Virus genome (UHGV): UHGV-0207032
Length of the DNA: 43,131 nucleotides
Source: a virus
Reading direction: 5' to 3' (one strand)
Below the pieces are notes generated by a model. It saw only the letters and a list, made by a program, of their open reading frames with translations, had not been told where the DNA came from and ran no database searches. Below, one piece after another: positions 35,144 through 43,131 of the stretch (position 1 is the first letter of the stretch; each line of letters starts with the position of its first letter). Made by a program: the position numbers and the translations under genes.

Positions 35144-35539
35144 ATGAAGACTAGAGAACAATCAATCTTTGACGAAATGTTTAAACGATCGAATGCATTG
35201 GGGTATCAAACCTATGACTACAAACCAACGAGTGATACTAGCTATCCTTTTGTAGAATTTGAAGATACTCAAACACTTCACTCTATCAACAAGTCTCATG
35301 TCTTGGGAAATGTCGTGATCGTGATTTCTGTATGGGGATTGCATAAAAAGCGAAAACAGGTGTCTGAAATGGCGTCTGCTTTGTTTGAGCAAGCGATGCA
35401 AGTAAATACATCTGACGGATATTCATGGACGCTAGACACCAATGCAAGCGACATACAGACAGTAACAGATACAAGCACAAACACACCGCTTAAACGAGCG
35501 ATTATTGAATTGAATTTTAGATTAATAGGAGGAATTTAA
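35144..35539 (+). CDS. Tail completion/terminator-like protein
   Basis: 131-aa ORF immediately upstream of the major tail protein gene. Confidence 0.4.
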   Translation: MKTREQSIFDEMFKRSNALGYQTYDYKPTSDTSYPFVEFEDTQTLHSINKSHVLGNVVIVISVWGLHKKRKQVSEMASALFEQAMQVNTSDGYSWTLDTNASDIQTVTDTSTNTPLKRAIIELNFRLIGGI

Positions 35540-36046
35540 ATGGCACTAAAAAAAGGTATTGACGTCATTTTGGTCTATCGGGACTTGGAAAAGCAAGCCG
35601 AAGAAGATGCCAAAACTGTTACTTATCAAACCGAGCATACATTCGGTATGTCACGCAGTACAGATGCTACCGAAACTAAAGATGGCACTGCACAAAAAGT
35701 AGGGGCGGTTGAATATGATTTCAGCTCTACCGCTTTATATGAACGTGGCAGCAAAACACTAAAAATGCTTTACGATGCATTTATGAACAACAAATTGGTG
35801 GAAACATGGATCATTGACAAACTCGAACCACAAGAAGGCGATACAGGGAAATTTGCAGCTAAATATATGCAAGTGTATATCTCAAGCTACGAAGAAACAG
35901 CTTCTGCCGAAGATAATGTTGAAGTTTCATTGGAATACGCCGTACAAATGATTCATCAAGATGGTTATGCAACCTTAACGGCCGAACAACAAAATGAAGT
36001 TCAGTATGCATTTGTAGACACAACAAAACAAACACCAGCAGGCTAA
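35540..36046 (+). CDS. Major tail protein
   Basis: 168 aa; strong RBS TAGGAGGAATTTAA; followed by a strong terminator; position before the G/GT chaperone. Confidence 0.6.
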   Translation: MALKKGIDVILVYRDLEKQAEEDAKTVTYQTEHTFGMSRSTDATETKDGTAQKVGAVEYDFSSTALYERGSKTLKMLYDAFMNNKLVETWIIDKLEPQEGDTGKFAAKYMQVYISSYEETASAEDNVEVSLEYAVQMIHQDGYATLTAEQQNEVQYAFVDTTKQTPAG

Positions 36047-36074
36047 GCACTCTTAATTGAGTGCTTTTATTTTT
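36045..36074 (+). terminator. Rho-independent terminator after major tail gene
   Basis: AAGCACTC-TTAATT-GAGTGCTT perfect 8-bp stem followed by TTATTTTT. Confidence 0.65.
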
Positions 36075-36088
36075 AGGAGGATGAATAA

Positions 36089-36436
36089 ATGGAACTAACT
36101 ATTAACGACAAAGAGTATAGCTTTATTTTTGGATTTGGGTTTATCCGTGAAATGAACCGCAGATATTCCGTTGTAGAGCAAGGGATGACAATGAAGCTTG
36201 GTTTAGATTCAACGCTAGTGAATTTCTTTAACGAAGATATCGAGACTTTGATTGAAATGTTAAAAGTAGCAAATGCAACAGAGTCACCACGAGTAGCAGA
36301 AAAAGATTTGATTGCCCTAGTTAGTGAAATTGGCTCGGATAAACTCTTTGATTTGGTACTAGAAGAATTAAAAAAGTCGGAATTTACAAAGAAAAAAACA
36401 CTAACGATCGAAAACAGAATCAAGGAAAGCAATTAG
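36089..36436 (+). CDS. Tail assembly chaperone (gpG-like)
   Basis: 115 aa acidic protein directly upstream of the tape measure; contains the slippery site. Confidence 0.65.
   Translation: MELTINDKEYSFIFGFGFIREMNRRYSVVEQGMTMKLGLDSTLVNFFNEDIETLIEMLKVANATESPRVAEKDLIALVSEIGSDKLFDLVLEELKKSEFTKKKTLTIENRIKESN
36370..36376 (+). other. Programmed -1 ribosomal frameshift slippery heptamer A_AAA_AAG (G/GT chaperone)
   Basis: Zero-frame codons TTA AAA AAG; the -1 frame stays open from 36352 through 36747. Confidence 0.6.
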
Positions 36437-36513
36437 AAGAAGACTTTTATGCCACTGTCCAGATAAACTGTCTGCGTTATCTCGGGATTACTGACTTTTT
36501 AGACATTGATCGA

Positions 36514-36747
36514 ATGACAATGACGAAATACGAAACAAGGCTTATTGCTTATCGTCTCAAAAGGTTAGACGAACAAGAGCTTATTCATTACCAAGCTTGG
36601 GCGAATAATCAAGTTAAAGCTACTAAAAAACGCGGTAAATACGAGGTTCCTTTATTTGACACCTTCGAAAAATTCTTTAACAAGGAAAAACTTGAAAACA
36701 AAATCTTGGGCAAGGATGAAAAAGTACCGAGATTTGTAAACTCCTGA
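36514..36747 (+). CDS. gpT-like -1 frameshift extension of the tail assembly chaperone (GT fusion expected to span 36089-36747)
   Basis: ORF in the -1 frame relative to gpG with no RBS of its own; this frame is continuous back to 36352, overlapping gpG. Confidence 0.5.
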   Translation: MTMTKYETRLIAYRLKRLDEQELIHYQAWANNQVKATKKRGKYEVPLFDTFEKFFNKEKLENKILGKDEKVPRFVNS

Positions 36748-36763
36748 AGAAAGGAGGAAAACT

Positions 36764-39478
36764 ATGGAATCATATAGCGTTGAAGCAATCCTTTCGGCTG
36801 TCGACAAGAATTTTTCTTCTACTATGAAGAATGCTGATAGTTCTATGAACAGCTTAGATAGCAGCACTCAAAAAACGAATACTTCTATCCTCGATATCGC
36901 TAAAGGTATCGGGGTTTTTAAATTGATTGATAATGCTATTGGAATAGTTACTAGTTCATTAGGCGGTGCGATAGATCGCTTTGACACGCTTAATAAGTAT
37001 CCGATTGTAATGCAAGCATTAGGGTATTCTACTGATCAAATCGATAAATCAATGAGCAAACTGACCGAAGGTATCGACGGGCTGCCAACTTCATTAAATG
37101 AGATTGTATCTAATACCCAACAATTAGCTATCTCTACAGGTAATCTCGAAAAAGGAACAGATACAGCAATTGCACTTAATAATGCATTTTTGGCTTCTGG
37201 TGCTTCGACAGCTGATGCTAGCCGAGGAATGCAACAATATGTACAGATGCTTTCCAAAGGGACCGTAGACATGCAGTCATGGAGATCTATTCAAGAAACT
37301 ATGCCTATTGCGATGGACAAAGTATCAAAGTCATTTAAGGATCAAGGAGTTAACTCAGTAAATGAACTTTACGATGCCTTGCAAGATGGAACAATTACAT
37401 TTGACGACTTCAATAACCGACTTATAAAGTTGAATGATGGTGTTGGCGGATTTGCTGAATTGGCTAAGAAAAACTCAGCCGGAATAAGGACATCATTCTC
37501 AAATATAAAAACAGCAGTTGTAAAAGGATTGGCTAATGTCATTACTGCGATTGATGAAGGAATGCAAAATGCTGGACTTGGATCAATTGCTGAAAACTTC
37601 GACAAGATTAAAAATGCAGTAAATGTGGCTTTTAAAGCTATTACTGATAGCATTCCACCGGCTATCAGCTTCTTAACTAATTTGTGGGATACTATTAAAC
37701 CTTTCTTGCCATTGATTATGGCTGTAATAGGCTATATCAGTATTTATCAAGGCGTTATGGGAACCGCTAGAAAAGCAGTTGAACTATACAACGGTGCTCA
37801 AAAGATGATGAACGTTCTCATGAACTTAAATCCGATTGGATTAATCATTGCAGCCGTTATCGCCCTTGTTGCTGGTTTTATCTACCTTTGGAACACAAGT
37901 GAGGATTTCCGAAACTTTTGGATCGGCTTGTGGGAAGGGATTAAAAAAGCAGTAGGTGCAGCAGTAGATTGGATTGTTTCCGCATGGGAAGGTATGAAAG
38001 AATTCTTTTCGAACACATGGAATGGATTGGTAGATGGTACAAAGAACGCAGTAAATTCTGTTAAAGAGGCGTGGAAAGGTACAAAACAATGGTTTGCCGA
38101 TCTGTGGACAGGAATCAAAGACACAGCAACGGATATGTGGGATGGTGTCAAGCAGGCGTTTAGTGATGCTGTTGATGGTGTCGTTTCTACATGGCAGGGT
38201 GTCAAACAATGGTTTGCTGATTTGTGGAACGGTATCAAATCAACAATTTCTTCAATTGTAGACAGTATAAAAGATGCTATCATGAGTAGATTTGGCGTAT
38301 TGATTTATGGTATACGCAATGCGTTTATCCATATGAAACTATTCTTATCTACATTATGGGAGAATCTAGGCAAGATTGCAGGACAAATGTTCGAGATTTT
38401 AAAGAACATCATCTTGGCTCCTATATTGTTTGTTACTTCAATGATTTCTGGCGGATGGGAAGAAGCTAAGAACAATATGATAGCAGTCTGGAATAATATT
38501 CTAGAAGCTGGCGCAAACATTTGGAGTTCAATTCAAGTAATTTTTGACAGCTTTTTGTTAAATACAAAGATGGCTTTCTTAAACGTATGGACCGGTATCA
38601 AGGCCGCGTTATCATATATTTGGACAACGATCTCTGAAACAGCTGTGAACGTATTTAACGGTATAGTCGCTTACTTTGTGGAAACATGGCAAAACATCAA
38701 ACAGACTGCTATAGATAGCTGGGAAAGCACTAAAGCAGCAGTCGCTGAAACATGGCAAAATATGAAACAAGGTGCTATCGATCTGTGGAACTCTGTCAAA
38801 CAATATTTTGCTGACTTATGGCAATCTACAAAAGAAAATGCTATTAACACTTGGAAATCAATCAAACAAGGTGTCGCAGACGCTTGGGAAAATACGAAAG
38901 ATGCGGTAGTAAATACTGCGAAGAATATTGTAAAAGGCGCTGCACAAGCTTGGGAAGATCTCAAAACAGGTGTTAGCAATGCCGTTGAATCAGTAAAAAA
39001 TACATTTGATAAAATTCGTCAAATCGATTTACTACAAATCGGAAAAGATATTATCAACGGATTGATTAATGGTATCACAAGCAAAATCGAGGATGTAAAA
39101 AACGCTGTGAAAGATATCGCGGGATCAATTACTGGAAAGATCAAAGATATTCTGAATATCCATTCTCCATCCAGAGTAATGGCTCAACTAGGTGTATTTA
39201 CCTCCCAAGGTCTTGCAGAAGGTATGCTTGATGGCGCTCGCTATGTTGATCGCGCATCTTCTCAAATTGCTGATCGTGCATCCAATATGGATATTGGCAA
39301 TCGTATATCGGCAGTCAACAGCCAGATTCAAACGCAAGTCCAGCACGAAGTCAGCTACGGAACGAATAGCAAACCAGCTCAATTTAACGTCCGAATCGGT
39401 AATAGCGAATTTTCTGCCTTCCTTGACGACATTAGTCAAGCACAAGGCAACGAGATTAACTTAAACATGCAATTTTAG
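36764..39478 (+). CDS. Tail tape measure protein
   Basis: 904 aa; TM segments mid-protein; tandem ~11-aa W/F-x3-K repeats (WEGIKKAV, WEGMKEFF, WKGTKQWF, WTGIKDTA, WDGVKQAF, WQGVKQWF...). Confidence 0.85.
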   Translation: MESYSVEAILSAVDKNFSSTMKNADSSMNSLDSSTQKTNTSILDIAKGIGVFKLIDNAIGIVTSSLGGAIDRFDTLNKYPIVMQALGYSTDQIDKSMSKLTEGIDGLPTSLNEIVSNTQQLAISTGNLEKGTDTAIALNNAFLASGASTADASRGMQQYVQMLSKGTVDMQSWRSIQETMPIAMDKVSKSFKDQGVNSVNELYDALQDGTITFDDFNNRLIKLNDGVGGFAELAKKNSAGIRTSFSNIKTAVVKGLANVITAIDEGMQNAGLGSIAENFDKIKNAVNVAFKAITDSIPPAISFLTNLWDTIKPFLPLIMAVIGYISIYQGVMGTARKAVELYNGAQKMMNVLMNLNPIGLIIAAVIALVAGFIYLWNTSEDFRNFWIGLWEGIKKAVGAAVDWIVSAWEGMKEFFSNTWNGLVDGTKNAVNSVKEAWKGTKQWFADLWTGIKDTATDMWDGVKQAFSDAVDGVVSTWQGVKQWFADLWNGIKSTISSIVDSIKDAIMSRFGVLIYGIRNAFIHMKLFLSTLWENLGKIAGQMFEILKNIILAPILFVTSMISGGWEEAKNNMIAVWNNILEAGANIWSSIQVIFDSFLLNTKMAFLNVWTGIKAALSYIWTTISETAVNVFNGIVAYFVETWQNIKQTAIDSWESTKAAVAETWQNMKQGAIDLWNSVKQYFADLWQSTKENAINTWKSIKQGVADAWENTKDAVVNTAKNIVKGAAQAWEDLKTGVSNAVESVKNTFDKIRQIDLLQIGKDIINGLINGITSKIEDVKNAVKDIAGSITGKIKDILNIHSPSRVMAQLGVFTSQGLAEGMLDGARYVDRASSQIADRASNMDIGNRISAVNSQIQTQVQHEVSYGTNSKPAQFNVRIGNSEFSAFLDDISQAQGNEINLNMQF

Positions 39479-39488
39479 GAGGTAGGAA

Positions 39489-40271
39489 ATGGAAAACAGA
39501 ATGTATCCGTTTATTGACACTCTGAAGAACGAACGATACATACCGGAGTACATTCCTACTTCCGCTATGTATTATGACGGCATTCTCTTTGAAGGTGTAA
39601 TTGAAGGGTATCAAACTCTTTCGGTTACAGGAAGAGAAATGCTGTCAGTAGGAATTGAATCAGAGTCTATTCAAGTAGGGAGTATCATTACGAATCAGAC
39701 GCTTCCCTCTCGAACGTTAACAATCAAATACAAGTTAGAGGATAAGGATCCAGAACAACTACAAAAAAAGTTTGACTTGTTGATGTGGTATCTTTACAAG
39801 AATAAAGATGTCTCAATTCAGTTTAATGATGAGTTAGATTACACCTATTACGGGAGGTTTGCTTCTGCTGATGAAGTTGCTGGAGACAGGAATAGCATTA
39901 TTTCTAGTTTTAGTATCTACTGTGCTGATCCGCGAAAGTATTCTAAACAATATAAAACGTCCGGTCTAATTGCTACGTACATTCCTTATGCTATTGTTCC
40001 AGACGCAGTCAGAGTGACGTTAAGTGCTCCCACAAGCGTGAAGGTTACTAACGGTAATTTATCAATGTCAATCACAGGTGCGAGTATTGTTGCTGGTGAT
40101 GTAGTTGAGTTTCGAAATCGTGAAGGCACTGTATTTGTAAACGGAGTAGATAAAACAAGCATATTAGATTGGGCTGGCGGTCAGCTCGAAGAGTTTGTCC
40201 TTAAAAAAGGCGATACTATCAAGACGAACAACGGAAAACTAGAAGTTCTTTATCGGGTGGTGGCATTATGA
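39489..40271 (+). CDS. Distal tail protein (Dit)
   Basis: 260-aa ORF between the TMP and Tal genes. Confidence 0.55.
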   Translation: MENRMYPFIDTLKNERYIPEYIPTSAMYYDGILFEGVIEGYQTLSVTGREMLSVGIESESIQVGSIITNQTLPSRTLTIKYKLEDKDPEQLQKKFDLLMWYLYKNKDVSIQFNDELDYTYYGRFASADEVAGDRNSIISSFSIYCADPRKYSKQYKTSGLIATYIPYAIVPDAVRVTLSAPTSVKVTNGNLSMSITGASIVAGDVVEFRNREGTVFVNGVDKTSILDWAGGQLEEFVLKKGDTIKTNNGKLEVLYRVVAL

Positions 40272-43129
40272 GCGAAAGCATTTACTTTCTGGATGACAAA
40301 CAAAAATTGCTGAAGGTATTTGGAGAAAATAAAATCATTGAGTCTATTCAAGCGAAAGAGATTACACCTGATAAGAGTGAGCTCATGAATGATACATTAT
40401 CAGTAAGTGTCATTGATGATGATAAAATTAGAGATGCGGCTTTTATGGCGGTTCGTGAAAACGGATCGTCATTTTCTATGTACAAAATAACCGCTGACAG
40501 CGATCCTAGAGGGCGTTTGAATTTCTCTGGTGTCAGCTTTGCTGTTGACGAGTTAAGTGCTTATATCGTTACTGATATGCGTCCAAAGGACAAAAGCTTT
40601 AAGCAGGTTGCAGAGCAAATTCTAGGATATACAAATGGGGAATGGCGTGTTGGGTTTGTTGATTCAACTTTACCAGCCCTCTCAGGAACATTTTATTATT
40701 TAAGCGTACGAGATGCTTTAAAACAGCTTCAAACTTTCGGTTGTGAGATTCTATTTAAGTGTACGATTACAGGTAACAAAGTCACTGACAAATGGATCGA
40801 GATATACAAGCAGATTGGTAAAGTCAGCAATAAACGATTTGTTTATGGATCCAACGCTTTAGAAGTCGTTCGGCAACGAGATCGGTCTCAACTCTACACA
40901 TCAATTATAGGACGTGGTAAAGGAGAGGAAGTCGGTGACGGTTACGGCAGAAGAATTGAATTCACAAATGTAGAATGGAAAAAATCAAAGGGTGATCCAC
41001 TAGATAAACCAAAAGGGCAGAACTGGCTTGAGTATCCAGAAATGACAGCTCTTTACGGGATCCCAATGAAAAATGGAAGTAAGCGTAAGCGCGAAACAGT
41101 ATTGATCCTAGAGGATATTGAAGATCCGGCTGAATTGCTTCAGGCAACGTATGAAAATCTTGTTGAGTATTCTCGGCCTCTGATCCAATTTAAGACTAGT
41201 GTTTTAGGAGGCGATGCTATAGGAAATATCGTGCCTATTCATCGATCGGATAAAGGGTACCATTACAAGACAAGAGTATTTGGCGTAAAAATAGATCGCA
41301 TAACGAAAAAAGTGGAATGTGGACTTGGCGATAACTTGAATACATCGAGTACAAGGCAAGCTGCAAGTATTCAAAATAGTGTAGCCAATTTGGCTGAAAC
41401 AAAAATGACATTCTATGACTCGACAGAAATCAGCAAGTGGCAATCAGATATCATTCGGGGCGCTCATGGCGGTGCGGTTATTTTGATGTCGCCATCCGAC
41501 TACCCGGCTAATCATCCGCAAAGAGGAGAAAGTCGGCAGCCGTTTCAGATGGTATGGATGGACGGAGATTCTATCCAAACTTCAAGCCATTTTCTAGTTG
41601 CAAATTCGGATGGGATTGGATTTATAGATGGCGACTTCTATACTAGCCCATTTAAAACCGCTTGGACCATCGATGGCAAGTTCAATGCAGACTTTATCAG
41701 AACTGGAACAATTCTAGCTGATATTTTTGAAACTTCATTCAATAAACTAGGCGACACACTTAAACTTGTTTCTGGTGCATTGCAAGTTGAGAATGATGGT
41801 AAGAAAATTATGGAATTGACCAAGCGTGGCATGGAATTTTGGAGTGGTTCGAAATCTATCGGAACGATTGGTACTGCTGGGGAACCTTTTCCAGAATTGC
41901 AAGACCAAGACGGACCTGTTTCGATGGACGGGAAAGCTTTGATGATTCGCACAAATGCTGACGGCGAGTATATAGCTTTTTCCGCCAAAACAGGAACAGG
42001 AATCATTTTAGGTAATGGTAAAGGAATGTATTTGATCGACGATAATATTCGCGTTATTGGAGATATTACCTTGTCTGGTGGCATGAATGTTATGGGCGAT
42101 TTAAAGATAAATGGGCAACAAGTCTATCCAGGTGGATCTGGCGGAGGGGTCGGTCCCAGCGGCTCTACTTATGAACCAATCAATATAGGGAGCAACATTA
42201 CAGGAAACCCCAACATTGTTGCTTGGCTTGACAAATATACAAAGTTATATGGTATCTCCGATTATATCGGTTTAGCTTACGCATTAATTATGGTTGAAAA
42301 CCCAAGTACTGACGGAACAGATGATATCATGCAGTCTTCTGAATCGGCTGGTTATCCAGGACCAGGCCATTTAACTGGAGAAGCTTCGGTTAAACAAGGG
42401 TGTAAACATCTGGCAGAACAGATTAAAAATGGTCAAACGCAAAACGTTGATATTTGGGGAGTTATGCAAGGATACAATTTCGGAAGTGCATATATTCCTT
42501 GGTTAGCAAATCGTGGAGGGAAGAATACTACTGATTTAGCAGAAGAATATTCAAGAGACGTAGTAGCACCTTCTTTAGGAAATACCACAGGAGCCACTTA
42601 TCCATATGTTAATGCAGTTTCTCAAGCAGATGGACGAACCTATCTGTATGTTAACGGAGGAAACTTCCATTATGCAGCGATGATTCGTCAATATGTAAAA
42701 GTAACAGAAAGCGTAGGATATGTAGTACCTATTAGCAAACCAGTCACTGTGACAAGTGAATTTGGCTATAGACAGCATCCTATAACAGGGGCTTACGAAT
42801 TACACAATGGGATTGATTTAGTTAATGGAAATCCAACCACTCCTATTTATGCTTCGGCAGCAGGAGAAGTCGTGATTGCTGGAAGTTATCCTGAATGGTA
42901 CGGAAACTATGTTGTTATTAAGCACTCGGACGGACTATACACAGGATACGCACATCAAAGTCAATTGCGAGTTTCAGTTGGAGACACCGTAAAACAAGGG
43001 CAACAAATCGGTAATATGGGAACAACTGGTCCAAGTACAGGGCCACATTTGCACTTCCAATTTTTTACAAATGGACCTTGGCCATCAAATAGTGATTTTA
43101 TTAATCCAAGAGAACACATTAATTTTTAG
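40268..43129 (+). CDS. Tail-associated lysin / tail endopeptidase with C-terminal M23 (LytM) peptidase domain
   Basis: 953 aa; C-terminus HNGIDLV...GYAHQS...GTTGPSTGPHLHFQF is the M23 HxxxD...HxH zinc-peptidase signature; N-terminal region is siphovirus Tal-like. Confidence 0.8.
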   Translation: MSESIYFLDDKQKLLKVFGENKIIESIQAKEITPDKSELMNDTLSVSVIDDDKIRDAAFMAVRENGSSFSMYKITADSDPRGRLNFSGVSFAVDELSAYIVTDMRPKDKSFKQVAEQILGYTNGEWRVGFVDSTLPALSGTFYYLSVRDALKQLQTFGCEILFKCTITGNKVTDKWIEIYKQIGKVSNKRFVYGSNALEVVRQRDRSQLYTSIIGRGKGEEVGDGYGRRIEFTNVEWKKSKGDPLDKPKGQNWLEYPEMTALYGIPMKNGSKRKRETVLILEDIEDPAELLQATYENLVEYSRPLIQFKTSVLGGDAIGNIVPIHRSDKGYHYKTRVFGVKIDRITKKVECGLGDNLNTSSTRQAASIQNSVANLAETKMTFYDSTEISKWQSDIIRGAHGGAVILMSPSDYPANHPQRGESRQPFQMVWMDGDSIQTSSHFLVANSDGIGFIDGDFYTSPFKTAWTIDGKFNADFIRTGTILADIFETSFNKLGDTLKLVSGALQVENDGKKIMELTKRGMEFWSGSKSIGTIGTAGEPFPELQDQDGPVSMDGKALMIRTNADGEYIAFSAKTGTGIILGNGKGMYLIDDNIRVIGDITLSGGMNVMGDLKINGQQVYPGGSGGGVGPSGSTYEPINIGSNITGNPNIVAWLDKYTKLYGISDYIGLAYALIMVENPSTDGTDDIMQSSESAGYPGPGHLTGEASVKQGCKHLAEQIKNGQTQNVDIWGVMQGYNFGSAYIPWLANRGGKNTTDLAEEYSRDVVAPSLGNTTGATYPYVNAVSQADGRTYLYVNGGNFHYAAMIRQYVKVTESVGYVVPISKPVTVTSEFGYRQHPITGAYELHNGIDLVNGNPTTPIYASAAGEVVIAGSYPEWYGNYVVIKHSDGLYTGYAHQSQLRVSVGDTVKQGQQIGNMGTTGPSTGPHLHFQFFTNGPWPSNSDFINPREHINF

Positions 43130-43131
43130 GA

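Larger units (their letters stand above)
1..43131. mobile_element. Temperate siphovirus/prophage genome, apparently complete and circularly permuted (integrase + repressor + full structural and lysis modules)
   Basis: Modular order tail fibre-holin-lysin-morons-attP-int-cI-cro-replication-terminase-portal-capsid-tail-TMP-Dit-Tal is closed by the window ends; the Tal stop at 43127-43129 is followed by AGGAG spanning the junction and the tail-fibre ATG at position 4. Confidence 0.8.

Noticed and set aside
36514-36747. Independent 77-aa gene between the tail chaperone and the tape measure.
   Set aside because: There is no RBS, and the frame is open upstream into the gpG gene across an A_AAA_AAG slippery site. 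It is better explained as the -1 frameshift extension (gpT).

Overview
The window reads as a nearly complete temperate siphovirus (prophage) genome, apparently circularly permuted so that it begins inside the tail-fibre gene and ends at the stop codon of the tail-associated lysin. GC content and codon usage are Lactobacillales-like (low-GC Firmicute, Enterococcus-like); that is inference only. Gene order on the + strand: tail fibre with a C-terminal SGNH esterase (1-2037), a low-GC insert, the lysis cassette (membrane proteins, holin, Amidase_3 endolysin at 3790-4764), then an accessory (moron) region, 4765-10580. The accessory region holds a very AT-rich three-gene operon with its own consensus promoter whose last gene is an Mrr-like PD-(D/E)xK nuclease; this is the best candidate for an undescribed anti-phage defence system. 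It also holds a LexA(Cheo)-box-controlled Y-family polymerase/YolD operon, a lipoprotein, a SHOCT membrane protein, and an attP-like region with integrase arm-type repeats next to the integrase. The lysogeny switch follows (tyrosine integrase, ImmA-like peptidase, XRE repressor, Cro, Rha antirepressor). Then comes the replication/recombination module: Rad52/Sak-like annealing protein, HNH protein, replisome organiser with embedded iterons, RusA, SSB, a minimal C5 methyltransferase, YopX and an ArpU-type late regulator. A roughly 590-nt structured non-coding region carrying tRNA-like T-arm motifs precedes an HTH-metallophosphoesterase fusion. The packaging and morphogenesis module completes the genome: TerS, TerL, portal, Mu F/gp7 minor head protein, a small moron island, scaffold, major capsid, connectors, major tail, a G/GT tail chaperone with an A_AAA_AAG -1 frameshift site, tape measure, Dit, and Tal with an M23 peptidase. 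No rRNA, CRISPR array or confident tRNA was found. Some CDS starts were adjusted from the six-frame ORF track on RBS evidence; others keep the track coordinates and note a likely alternative start in the evidence.
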